Shown: positions 28,613-38,002 of the stretch, in pieces
How positions within the stretch are numbered: the stretch's first letter is position 1
How the letters are laid out: every line of letters begins with the position of its first letter
Assembly: GCA_036679065.1 (NCBI GenBank)
Contig: JAZIGN010000004.1
Coordinates: 131,251 to 195,250 of the forward strand
DNA: 64,000 nucleotides
Source of the DNA: Coprothermobacterota bacterium
GTDB lineage: Bacteria > Coprothermobacterota > Coprothermobacteria > Coprothermobacterales > Coprothermobacteraceae
Reading direction: 5' to 3'
Program-made: the position numbers and the translations under genes
The notes under the pieces: generated by a model
What the model was told of the DNA's origin: nothing
Databases searched by the model: none
Seen by the model: only the letters and a program-made list of their open reading frames with translations

Positions 28613-29704
28613 ATGAATGGTTTGATTTTGGTTGCTGGTGGCAGGGGACAAAGGTTCTCCGGTGGCAAGGGTAAGATGGAGCTGAAAGTATTCAAAGGCT
28701 GGTCTTTACTTGACTATTGGCTATTTCGTCTTGAAACGTTAAAGGGATTGTTCCAAGACATAGTTATTGTAACGGATAGTCCTCTTTTGAACTCAAAGGA
28801 CATAAAGGTTGCCCCCCCGGGTGATTCAAGGAAGAAGTCTGTAGCTAACGGTTTTTATGAGCTTGCAAAAGTGGATAAGGTTTTGGTCCACGACGGTGCG
28901 CGGCCGTTAGCTACTAACAATTTGTTTGAACGTGTACTTGCGTGGCTTGACGCTTTCCCGGTCGTAGTTCCAGCTATTGATGTTGAAGACGCTCTAAGAA
29001 AGAGAGAGGGGAACAGTACTGTACCTTTCTCCAGACAAGGTCTTATTAGAGTCCAGACGCCACAAGGCTTTAGGTATGATGTGCTAAAGGCGGTACTGGA
29101 AGCCGCACATGAAGACGTAGATGAAGCAAGTGTGGCACAGCAACTTGGGTGGGAGGTTCACGTTGTTGAGGGTGAAAGGAAGAACTTAAAAGTCACGTTC
29201 CCTGAGGATGTTTTCCTTCAAGAGCACATGTTTAGGCAGATACAAGGGATTGGGTGGGATTTTCATAGATTTAGCGAAAACAGGCCTCTCGTTCTCGGTG
29301 GAGTTCAAATAGAAGACGCAACGGTGGGATTAGAATCTTGGACTGACGGTGACGTGATAATTCATGCTGTGGCTGATGCTTTTCTGTCAATGTTAGGAGA
29401 GGGTGATTTAGGAACTCTATATCCCAATAATGAATTCTGGAAAGGCCGTGACTCAACAAGTATTCTAGCTGATGTAATGGAAAGAATGGGAGAAAAAGGC
29501 ATCTTGGTAGATAGAGTAACAGTACTCTTGTTAGCCGACAAGCCGAAGCTAAAACATTGGATAGAGCCCATTATGAGAAACCTATCATCACTGGTGAATG
29601 CACCAGTTTACCTTTCAATTACCCGAAGCGAGGGTATAATTGGAAAAGATCTTGATGGAATGATTTCGCTAGCTTTTGTGAATGGTGTTGAGGTGAAAAG
29701 ATGA
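28613..29704 (+). CDS. ispDF: Bifunctional IspD/IspF (MEP pathway), divergent
   Basis: IspD: AGG.G.RF, VHDGARP, QTPQGF, N.KVT..ED. IspF: G.G.D.H, DGDV..HA..DA, GD.G..YP. Confidence 0.82.
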   Translation: MNGLILVAGGRGQRFSGGKGKMELKVFKGWSLLDYWLFRLETLKGLFQDIVIVTDSPLLNSKDIKVAPPGDSRKKSVANGFYELAKVDKVLVHDGARPLATNNLFERVLAWLDAFPVVVPAIDVEDALRKREGNSTVPFSRQGLIRVQTPQGFRYDVLKAVLEAAHEDVDEASVAQQLGWEVHVVEGERKNLKVTFPEDVFLQEHMFRQIQGIGWDFHRFSENRPLVLGGVQIEDATVGLESWTDGDVIIHAVADAFLSMLGEGDLGTLYPNNEFWKGRDSTSILADVMERMGEKGILVDRVTVLLLADKPKLKHWIEPIMRNLSSLVNAPVYLSITRSEGIIGKDLDGMISLAFVNGVEVKR

Positions 29705-31086
29705 AACTGTATGATACACATAGCCGAGAACTCATCGATCTGGGAAAGAAACCTGGAGAAAAGATAGTAGGTTATGTTTGTGGTATAACCCCATATGACG
29801 AACCTCATTTGGGCCATGTAAGAACAGCTTTAGTGTTTGACTTGTTCCATCGCTTTGTGAGGGCACGGGGTTACGAGCCAGTATTTGTCTCGAATTTCAC
29901 AGACGTTGATGATAAGATCATTGAGAGATCTGCAAAACTTTCTGTTCATCCTTTTGCCTTAGCTGAAAAATATGAAAGACTTTACTACAAACTTATGGAC
30001 TTTCTGAACGTGGAACCACTGTACGCATATATAAGGGTCTCTCAAGTAATCCCAGACATAATCGAAGCTGTAAAGCAACTCATAGATAAAGGTCATGCTT
30101 ATGTGACACCGGACGGTGTCTATTTCTCAGTTTCTAGCTTCCCAGATTATGGTGAACTTTCAGGTAGAAAAGTTGAAGATATGTCCTTGCTCGAAGCCAG
30201 AGTAGAACCTTCGCCATTCAAGAAGGATCCCAGAGACTTTGCTTTGTGGAAGAGTAGAAAACCAGGTGAGACCATTTGGTGGCACAGCCCGTGGGGCGAT
30301 GGACGACCTGGGTGGCATATCGAGTGCACAGTCATTTCTGTTAAGTTTGCTGGGTTCCCCCTAGACTTTCATGGCGGTGGTTCAGACCTCATATTCCCAC
30401 ATCATGAGAATGAGAAAGCTCAGTCAGAAGCTCTTATGGGTCAAAAGCCCTTTGCGAGAGCTTGGATGCATACCGGTATGCTACGAATTGGAGAAGAAGA
30501 GATGCACAAGAGTTTAGGCAACTTTATAGGTGCTACTGAAATCATGTCAAACTACGATCCGGATGCAGTTAGATATTTGCTTCTTTCAACATATTATAGA
30601 GATCCTGTAACGTTTTCCGAGGAAGCCTATAATCAGGCAGAACATACGGTGAGCAACCTTAGATCATATTTTGAGCGACTTGATTGGGTAGGTAAAAGTG
30701 GGGAAGCACGAAGCCAAGTAATAGGCCTCATATCAGGTGCAAGAGACGCTTTTAATAATGCTCTTGAAAGTGATTTGAACTCATCTGCTGCCTTATCTGA
30801 AATCCACAAATTGATAGCACAGCTAAGAGTTGAAGATGTAAATGTTAGCGAAGCGTTGCTAGTCAAGGAATTTCTTTCTCACGCCTTACGAACTGTCTTT
30901 GGACTAAGATTAACTAGGGAAAGAACGGTAGATGAATCTTTGATTCAAGACGTGGTTGAATTGAGGAATAATTTCAGAAGGGAAAAGAAATTCTCCGAGG
31001 CTGACGCTATTAGGAATATGTTGTCAAAACATGGCATAGTTCTTGAAGACACCAAAGATGGCACACGATGGATAAGGGAGCAGTAA
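29701..31086 (+). CDS. cysS: Cysteine--tRNA ligase
   Basis: YVCG.T.YD..HLGH, NFTDVDDKII, GRPGWHIEC, DL.FPHHENE.AQ, MHKSLGN. Confidence 0.96.
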   Translation: MKLYDTHSRELIDLGKKPGEKIVGYVCGITPYDEPHLGHVRTALVFDLFHRFVRARGYEPVFVSNFTDVDDKIIERSAKLSVHPFALAEKYERLYYKLMDFLNVEPLYAYIRVSQVIPDIIEAVKQLIDKGHAYVTPDGVYFSVSSFPDYGELSGRKVEDMSLLEARVEPSPFKKDPRDFALWKSRKPGETIWWHSPWGDGRPGWHIECTVISVKFAGFPLDFHGGGSDLIFPHHENEKAQSEALMGQKPFARAWMHTGMLRIGEEEMHKSLGNFIGATEIMSNYDPDAVRYLLLSTYYRDPVTFSEEAYNQAEHTVSNLRSYFERLDWVGKSGEARSQVIGLISGARDAFNNALESDLNSSAALSEIHKLIAQLRVEDVNVSEALLVKEFLSHALRTVFGLRLTRERTVDESLIQDVVELRNNFRREKKFSEADAIRNMLSKHGIVLEDTKDGTRWIREQ

Positions 31087-31089
31087 AGC

Positions 31090-31806
31090 ATGAGTTTAAA
31101 GAAAGAACTCACCTACGGTTTTAGTCCTTTAGAGGAGGCTCTAAGGTCAGGTAAGGTCGAGAAAATTTGGGTAAGATCAGATAAACTATCCAGAGTTAGA
31201 GAACTAATAGATAAGTTAGAGAGTAACAGACCAATCCCTTTGGTGGCTGTTCCCAAGGAATTCTTTCCTGAGAAAGAGTGGGTGGGCTTTCTTCCTTCAG
31301 AAGTTAACTATCTTGGATGGGAAGAGCTGCCAGGGATAGGAGATACTGTGGTCATTGTGGATGGGGTTACAGATAGTACGAATCTGGGAGCCATATTTCG
31401 TGCATCTGTGGCGCTTTCGGCCCCACATATAATCCTTGACTTGCATAACACTGGATCAATAACACCCAAGGTTGTTGAGATTTCTCGGGGAGCAGCTCTA
31501 AAAGCAAGTGTGTGGCGCCTTAACATTAAACAGGCCATTTCAAGACTTAAAGGGAACGGTTTTTCAGTAATAGGACTGGAAGCCCACGAAGGAACAAAAC
31601 TGTACCACCTCGACCTAACAGGAAAAATCGCCTTAGTGATTGGCTCTGAAGACAAAGGCATCCGTAGCACGGTGAAAACACTGTGCGATGGTCTTGGGAA
31701 CATACCAACTGACTTTGAAAGCCTTAACGTTCATGTTGCCCTTGGTATTGCTTTATATGAAGCAAAGCGTCAGCGTGAGTTCAAAAGCGGTAGCAGCATG
31801 GATTGA
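31090..31806 (+). CDS. rlmB: TrmH/SpoU-family RNA methyltransferase (RlmB-like)
   Basis: D...D..NLGAIFR, V.GSE.KG, SLNV..A.GI.LYE..RQR. Synteny after cysS. Confidence 0.82.
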   Translation: MSLKKELTYGFSPLEEALRSGKVEKIWVRSDKLSRVRELIDKLESNRPIPLVAVPKEFFPEKEWVGFLPSEVNYLGWEELPGIGDTVVIVDGVTDSTNLGAIFRASVALSAPHIILDLHNTGSITPKVVEISRGAALKASVWRLNIKQAISRLKGNGFSVIGLEAHEGTKLYHLDLTGKIALVIGSEDKGIRSTVKTLCDGLGNIPTDFESLNVHVALGIALYEAKRQREFKSGSSMD

Positions 31807-32720
31807 AGGTAAGGTGGAAGCGGGTTTGGCTTGATTGCTACCTCGTACGGTACTTCGACAGGCTGTAAGTTACGTGTTCCTATCATTATAGAGTGACGTT
31901 CTTCCGATATGGTGTAAAGTGCAGCTGCTCCCATAGTAAAACCAAGGAAAGAATCTAAGGTGGATGGTGTGCCTCCCCTTTGGAGATGCCCAATTCGAGA
32001 AATCTCTATATCTCTACTCAGTTCTTGGCGTAACCACTCGGCAAGTGGAGATGGGTCACCGCACCCCTCAGCCCATATGACTATGGCGCTCCCTTCAGAC
32101 TGCCGTATTTTGCTGTAGATGTCCTCAGGTGTTGCTGGAGCTTCCGGTATATTGACAAAATCAGCTCCGGTTGCCAGACCAACAAACATGGCTATGTAAC
32201 CAGAATTTCGACCCATAACTTCGACGAAAAAAACGCCCCTTTCGGACAAAGCTACATCTGTCAGTCGACGAACAGCCTTTACCGCTGTCTCAGCTGCCGT
32301 AATGAACCCCAACGTAAAGTCTGTACCTCCCAAGTCGTTATCAATGGTGCCCGGTATTCCCACAGTAGGTATGCCGGCCTCTTCTAGAGCCATAGCACCC
32401 CTCAAGGAACCATTCCCTCCAATTACTATGAGCCCGTCGATGCCAGTAGAGGAAAGCGTATCTGGCACTCGCCGTCTCCATTCAGGAAGCAAGAATCTAT
32501 CACTCCGCGAAGTCCCAAGAATAGTCCCGCCGAGAGAGTTTATTCCTCTGACTCGGCTGGAACTCAAGGGCAAGAATTGCTCCTCCAGAAGCCCATCAAA
32601 ACCATTGCGCACACCTATGACTTCAATATTTCTCTGTTCGGCGGCTATGACAGCTCCACAAATAGCTGCATTCATTCCGGGGGAATCTCCCCCGGACGTT
32701 AGTATGCCGATTCTTTTCAT
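31770..32720 (-). CDS. pfkA: ATP-dependent 6-phosphofructokinase
   Basis: TSGGDSPGMNA, GGNGS, PGTIDND, EVMGR, GHLQRGG. Confidence 0.9.
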   Translation of the reverse strand: MKRIGILTSGGDSPGMNAAICGAVIAAEQRNIEVIGVRNGFDGLLEEQFLPLSSSRVRGINSLGGTILGTSRSDRFLLPEWRRRVPDTLSSTGIDGLIVIGGNGSLRGAMALEEAGIPTVGIPGTIDNDLGGTDFTLGFITAAETAVKAVRRLTDVALSERGVFFVEVMGRNSGYIAMFVGLATGADFVNIPEAPATPEDIYSKIRQSEGSAIVIWAEGCGDPSPLAEWLRQELSRDIEISRIGHLQRGGTPSTLDSFLGFTMGAAALYTISEERHSIMIGTRNLQPVEVPYEVAIKPNPLPPYLQSMLLPLLNSR

Positions 32721-32723
32721 GAT

Positions 32724-33758
32724 TTATCCTCTGAAAAAGACTCCAAAATCGTCTATTAAAGACTCAGGAAGAGGCCTGTTTTTCCCCACAACCAGTGTAA
32801 GATCAACCGGCTTAATAGTACCTTCTTTGTATGCAGCTAAGACACCAGTCTGTCCCTTGTCTAACCATTCCACCGCTTTAAGCGCTTGAAGTTGTGGAAG
32901 TATTCTGTCTATCACAGAAGGTTTACCACCTCTTTGAGCATGGCCTAGAATAACGCATTTCACTTCCGTATTCAAGCTTTTTTCTAAGAACTGCGCAACC
33001 ACTTCTCCCATGCCACCCAGCTGAACATGACCGAATTCATCAACAGGCCTATCCTTAAGCATGCTTTCGTCTAAAACAGCCCCCTCTGATACCACTACTA
33101 CAGCGAACCCTTTGTCAGAGAGAGCTCTTTTTGTCTTCGCAATAAGCTCTTCTATGTCAGCTTTCTTTTCAGGAACTAACACGTAATCGGCGCCGCCAGC
33201 TACGGCAGTAAAAAGCCCCAGCCATCCTGCGTGACGTCCCATAACTTCTAATACCATGACACGATGGTGGCTCTTAGCGGTGTCTTGCAGCCTTTCAAGT
33301 ATGTCCGTGGTAACTTCCAGAGCTGTAAAGAAACCTAACGTAAAATCAGTTTCGGGAACATCAAAATCAATCGTCTTTGGCACTCCGTTTATGGGTAGTT
33401 GGTAATCTCTGACAAGCTGCCCAGCAACGCCTAAGGTATCTTCGCCACCTATGGCAATAAGACCACTGAGCCCAAGTTCTTTGAAGTTTTCATAGGCAAT
33501 TTCTTTCCCGCCTTCTCTTTTGTAAGGATTGGTACGGCTTGAGCCCAGAATAGTACCACCCTTTGTAAGAGCACTGTCTACATCAGCTTTGGATAGCACT
33601 ATGGTTTCTTTTTCTAAAAGGCCTTTCCAACCATCCTTAATACCTATGACCTCATATCCCAATTCCACAGCTTTGTAGAAAACTCCCCGAATAGCTGGAT
33701 TTAGTCCAGGTGCGTCGCCTCCACCGGTTAAAACGCCAAGTCGCTTTATGTTATCCAC
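32724..33758 (-). CDS. Phosphofructokinase, predicted pyrophosphate-dependent
   Basis: TGGGDAPGLN, GGEDT (Asp), PKTID (Lys), EVMGRHAGW. Confidence 0.88.
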   Translation of the reverse strand: MDNIKRLGVLTGGGDAPGLNPAIRGVFYKAVELGYEVIGIKDGWKGLLEKETIVLSKADVDSALTKGGTILGSSRTNPYKREGGKEIAYENFKELGLSGLIAIGGEDTLGVAGQLVRDYQLPINGVPKTIDFDVPETDFTLGFFTALEVTTDILERLQDTAKSHHRVMVLEVMGRHAGWLGLFTAVAGGADYVLVPEKKADIEELIAKTKRALSDKGFAVVVVSEGAVLDESMLKDRPVDEFGHVQLGGMGEVVAQFLEKSLNTEVKCVILGHAQRGGKPSVIDRILPQLQALKAVEWLDKGQTGVLAAYKEGTIKPVDLTLVVGKNRPLPESLIDDFGVFFRG

Positions 33759-33846
33759 ATTAGTACCTCCTTTATATGCAGACTAGTCCACCATATTTTA
33801 CGCCAGCATTGAAGAAAGCGTGTTTAAAAGTTTGTTATGGCAACAA

Positions 33847-33873
33847 TTGACACTCACTTAAACGTAGTATAAT
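33847..33873 (+). promoter_or_regulatory. Candidate sigma70 promoter for the BMP operon
   Basis: TTGACA-15 nt-TATAAT (short spacer), followed by a leader hairpin GCGGAAG-GGAAA-CTTCCGC. Confidence 0.55.
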
Positions 33874-33929
33874 ATTACGGAAGCGGAAGGGAAACTTCCG
33901 CTAAAAATGACGAAAGGGGAGGAGCAGAG

Positions 33930-35081
33930 GTGAAAAAGTTTACAGTTGGTATTTTAGTCGCTCTATTAGCTGTCTCACTGGTTTTGAGCGGTTGTTCAAA
34001 GCCTTCGCAGCCAAGTACCACAGAACCTAAGTACAAGATCGGTCTTGTATTTGATATCGGTGGAAGAGGAGATCACTCTTTTAACGATTCTGCTTATAAC
34101 GGGCTAGTTCGTTTGGCAGAGGAGTTTAAAGGTTACATCAAAGACGACCCGGACAATGTTAACTACGGGACCGAGGTGGAGCTTAAGTACTTGGAACCTA
34201 AAGAGGGTGGCCAAGACAGAGAACAGCTTCTTCGTACTTTAGCTGAAGAGGGTTATGACCTTATCTTTGGTATCGGTTTCATGTTCACTGACCCCATGAT
34301 CAATGTTGCAAAAGACTTCCCAGACACAAAGTTTGCCATCGTTGACGGAACGATTGACGGATTAGACGAAAATAGCAACATCGTTTGCCTGAACTTCAAG
34401 CAGAATGAAGGCTCATTCCTAGTAGGGGCTATTGCAGGCCTCAAGACCAATACAAACAAAGTAGGTTTCGTGGGTGGTATGCAGAGTGCTCTAATTGAGC
34501 AGTTCGAGGTTGGTTACAAGGCAGGAGCCATGTACGTCAATCCTAATCTGAGACAAGCTGGAAACATTCTCTCCCAGTACATAGGCACTACTGGGGACGC
34601 CTTTAAAGACCCCGCTAGAGGGACAGAAATAGCTTCAACGTTCCTTAATCAGGGCGCAGACATTATTTACCACGCTTCTGGTGCGTCAGGTGCTGGTGTG
34701 TTCCAAGCAGTTTATGATGCCTACAAGAATGGTAAAGATGTGTGGGCCATTGGCGTAGATAGTGACCAAGGCTTGGTTTATAAGAGCAGTGATGACCCTG
34801 AGCAGCAAGCTATAGGCGACCGTATTCTGACCTCCATGCTGAAGAGGGTCGATACCTCTGTGTATCTGACTGGAAAGGATTTCATGGGAGGCCAGTGGAA
34901 GGGTGGATATAGAGACTTTGGGTTAGACGTAGATGGTGTCGGATATGCAGTTAACGACTACAACAGGTCTCTCATTGAGGATGTTATGCCCCAAGTAGAT
35001 GAACTTAAACAGAAGATCATAAATGGCGAGATTGTTGTTCCAACCAACAACGAAGAACTACAAACGTTCCAATTACCCTAA
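33930..35081 (+). CDS. BMP-family ABC substrate-binding lipoprotein (nucleoside type)
   Basis: Lipobox LSGC, GGRGD.SFN, GFL.G, WAIGVDSDQ, TSMLKRVD. Confidence 0.92.
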   Translation: MKKFTVGILVALLAVSLVLSGCSKPSQPSTTEPKYKIGLVFDIGGRGDHSFNDSAYNGLVRLAEEFKGYIKDDPDNVNYGTEVELKYLEPKEGGQDREQLLRTLAEEGYDLIFGIGFMFTDPMINVAKDFPDTKFAIVDGTIDGLDENSNIVCLNFKQNEGSFLVGAIAGLKTNTNKVGFVGGMQSALIEQFEVGYKAGAMYVNPNLRQAGNILSQYIGTTGDAFKDPARGTEIASTFLNQGADIIYHASGASGAGVFQAVYDAYKNGKDVWAIGVDSDQGLVYKSSDDPEQQAIGDRILTSMLKRVDTSVYLTGKDFMGGQWKGGYRDFGLDVDGVGYAVNDYNRSLIEDVMPQVDELKQKIINGEIVVPTNNEELQTFQLP

Positions 35082-35111
35082 GGATTAACACTTTTCACAA
35101 TTAGGGCTTAC

Positions 35112-35144
35112 GGGCTACCTTGCGGGTAGCCCCTTTTGTTTTTT
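35112..35144 (+). terminator. Intrinsic terminator after the BMP gene
   Basis: GGGCTACC-TTGCG-GGTAGCCC followed by a T-rich tail. Confidence 0.8.
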
Positions 35145-35324
35145 GTCAATGTTATAATGAAAAAGCGGAATGTCAAGTAAGTTATAAGCAGAGGTGATGT
35201 AATTGTTTCTGCAGTTATTTTTCCATCAATGCCGTGATGTATGCATGGTTACGCAATGCTTCGTGGAAGCTTTAATAGTAGGTTTATCTTCATTTTGGTT
35301 GTCCGCTCAAAACATTAGAAATGG

Positions 35325-36869
35325 GTGATAGAGATGAGGAAGATTGACACAATCAAAGAACGTATTCCTCTGATTGAACTAAGGGGTATAACAAAAGCTT
35401 TTCCAGGTGTTGTGGCTAACGATGACATTCATCTAACGCTCTACGAAGGAGAAATCCACGCGTTAGTTGGCGAAAACGGAGCTGGCAAGACCACGCTTAT
35501 GAAAATACTCTACGGGGAATATCGTGCAGACAAAGGTGAGATTTTGGTCAGAGGGAAACCTGTAAGAATTACGAATCCTTCTGTGGCAGTGGCTTTAGGC
35601 ATAGGCATGGTGCACCAGCATTTTATGCTAGTACCTGGTTTAACAGTCCTTGAGAACATCATCTTGGGCAGCGAACCTGTTAAAAATGTGGTCCTTGATA
35701 TAAGCTTAGCGAGGAGAAAGATCGAAGATATCATGAATGCAAATGCCATGCCCGTGGATCTTGATGCCTATGTTGAGGACTTACCAGTTGGACTCCAACA
35801 ACGGGTTGAGATACTCAAGCTCTTGTACCGAGGTGCGGAAACTTTGGTTCTTGACGAACCTACAGCTGTTTTAACCCCCCAGGAAACGTCGGAGCTGTTT
35901 AAAACGCTTAAAGCTCTGAAAGAACAGGGGCGAGGCATAATTTTTATTTCCCACAAACTAAATGAAGTTCTGGAAATAGCTGACAGAATCACCGTTATTC
36001 GAAGAGGCAGAGTAGTCGGCGAGATGCCCATTGAAGAAGCTAGCAAAGAAAAAATCGCCGAGATGATGGTGGGTAAACCAGTGGTGCTTGAAGTGGACAA
36101 TCCCCGTGTAGAAGTTGGAGAAGAGTGCTTAGTGCTAAGAGATGTTGTTTTTGAAGAAAACGGAGTCAAGAAGCTCGATGGTATCAGTTTTTCTGTGCAT
36201 GCTGGTGAAATTTACGGCATAGCTGGCGTTGAAGGAAACGGCCAAGAAGAGCTTCTAAAAATAATTTCTGGAGAGATTTATCCATCTGCAGGTGAAATTC
36301 ACATTACTAATAAGGTGGTCAACCGCATTCCTCCTTTAGGGCGCAGAAAACTGGGTGTGGGACATATTCCAGCAGACCGGCAGGCACAAGGTTTATTCAT
36401 TGATATGCCTCTATACGTTAACGCAGTTGTTGGCTGGCATTGGCGACAGGAATTTCAGAAAAATGGCATACTTGACTACAAAGCAATGAGATCTACTGCA
36501 TCCACCATAATAAGAAACTTCGACGTCAGAACTCCTTCTGTGGAAGTACCAGCTAGTGCTTTAAGCGGAGGAAACCAGCAAAAATTCGTTGTAGGTCGTG
36601 AGATAAGCTTTGATCCTACACTTTTGTTGGCTGCTTACCCCACCAGGGGCGTGGATGTAGGAGCAACGGAATTCATATATAAACAACTCATAGATGAAAA
36701 GATCAGAGGAAAAGCGGTCCTTCTTATATCCGCTGACCTTGAAGAGATTTTAGCTTTGTCTGATCGAATTGGCGTTCTTTATAGGGGAAAAATCATAAAA
36801 GAGTTCAGCAGGGAAGAAGCGACACCTGAAATCATAGGGTTGTACATGCTGGGAGTGAAGGAAGAATGA
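35325..36869 (+). CDS. Nucleoside/sugar ABC ATP-binding protein (two NBDs)
   Basis: GENGAGKTT, LPVG.QQRVEI, LDEPTAVLTP, LSGGNQQK, PTRGVDVGA. Confidence 0.93.
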   Translation: MIEMRKIDTIKERIPLIELRGITKAFPGVVANDDIHLTLYEGEIHALVGENGAGKTTLMKILYGEYRADKGEILVRGKPVRITNPSVAVALGIGMVHQHFMLVPGLTVLENIILGSEPVKNVVLDISLARRKIEDIMNANAMPVDLDAYVEDLPVGLQQRVEILKLLYRGAETLVLDEPTAVLTPQETSELFKTLKALKEQGRGIIFISHKLNEVLEIADRITVIRRGRVVGEMPIEEASKEKIAEMMVGKPVVLEVDNPRVEVGEECLVLRDVVFEENGVKKLDGISFSVHAGEIYGIAGVEGNGQEELLKIISGEIYPSAGEIHITNKVVNRIPPLGRRKLGVGHIPADRQAQGLFIDMPLYVNAVVGWHWRQEFQKNGILDYKAMRSTASTIIRNFDVRTPSVEVPASALSGGNQQKFVVGREISFDPTLLLAAYPTRGVDVGATEFIYKQLIDEKIRGKAVLLISADLEEILALSDRIGVLYRGKIIKEFSREEATPEIIGLYMLGVKEE

Positions 36870-38002
36870 CACAAGAACAGGTGAAAGCACAACCCAAGAG
36901 CATGGAGTGGAAATACAGACTTATTGAAGGTTCGGCTCCGGTCTTAGGCTTTTTGTTTGCCATGGTAGTAATGATGGTAACAGTTCAGTTTATAGGTGAA
37001 AGTCCGATTAAGGCTTTAAGTGCCATTCTGACCTTTTCTTTCAGTCAAGCTGGCATAGCTTATATTGTTTCTCAATCCATACCGCTAATAATAGCTGGTG
37101 AAGCCAACGCTATTGCTTTTCAGGCGGGGGTCTTCAACATAGGTGTAGAGGGCCAGTACCTATTTGGGGCTCTTTGTGCGGGGGTGGCTGGAGCTTATCT
37201 AGATCTCCCTACGTACATTCATATTCCGGTAGTTATTCTGGCTGGAATGCTCGGCGGTATGATATGGATCCTGATTCCCGCTCTGCTAAAGGTGTACAAA
37301 GGCGTGCACGAAGTCATAAGCACTATTATGATGAATCAAATAGCCTCTGCAGTCATTTTGTACCTAGTAGATGGCCCTTTTAACGGAGTTAGGGGTGAAG
37401 CGCAGTCTTTCAATTTGCGTACGCCTTACCTAAAACCCACTGCAGTGTTTCCATCTTTGCACAACGTCATAAACAGTATTACTGGTCTTTTCGGCTTTGA
37501 ATTTCCGCATTATGTTGCGGTGGACTTAAGCTGGCTAATAGCCCTTATTGTAGTACTCCTTATGTGGTTTGTGCTGTTTAAGACATCTTTTGGACTTAGA
37601 GTACGCTGGGTGGGACAAAACATATCAGCTTCTGTTTACGCGGGCGTAGATGTAAAGAAAACACTCCTTGTAACCATGCTTATATCAGGAGCCATCGGTG
37701 GTTTAGTTGGCTTACAGGAAGTAGCCTACATATCGAAATTTTTCACTCCGAATATAACCAGAGGGCTTGGTTTTACGGGGCTTGCGGTAGCACTCCTAGC
37801 TAGAAACAATCCTCTTGGTGTCATCCTCTCAGGTTTGCTTTTCTCTTTCCTGAGTCGTGCCGGGTATGGACTTCAAATGTACACTAAGGTTCCTAATTCT
37901 CTAATTGGTATTATTTCAGGGCTGATGATACTCTCCGTGGTAGTTATTGACCAAATTCTCAGGCGTTACGCACGCACTTTAAGAAGAAGAGAGGTTGGTT
38001 AG
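36866..38002 (+). CDS. Nucleoside ABC permease
   Basis: G.FNIG.EGQ, HEVISTIMMN, GF.G..VALL.RN.P.G. Confidence 0.9.
   Translation: MTQEQVKAQPKSMEWKYRLIEGSAPVLGFLFAMVVMMVTVQFIGESPIKALSAILTFSFSQAGIAYIVSQSIPLIIAGEANAIAFQAGVFNIGVEGQYLFGALCAGVAGAYLDLPTYIHIPVVILAGMLGGMIWILIPALLKVYKGVHEVISTIMMNQIASAVILYLVDGPFNGVRGEAQSFNLRTPYLKPTAVFPSLHNVINSITGLFGFEFPHYVAVDLSWLIALIVVLLMWFVLFKTSFGLRVRWVGQNISASVYAGVDVKKTLLVTMLISGAIGGLVGLQEVAYISKFFTPNITRGLGFTGLAVALLARNNPLGVILSGLLFSFLSRAGYGLQMYTKVPNSLIGIISGLMILSVVVIDQILRRYARTLRRREVG

Noticed and set aside
32302..32889. Long antisense ORFs (195 aa here; also 21048..21623, 14044..14514, 17296..17757, 23783..24229)
   Set aside because: They lie opposite well-conserved genes, with no SD or recognisable motifs.
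33874..33929. Purine riboswitch upstream of the BMP nucleoside-binding gene
   Set aside because: The leader is about 50 nt with a single hairpin and lacks the conserved aptamer core.
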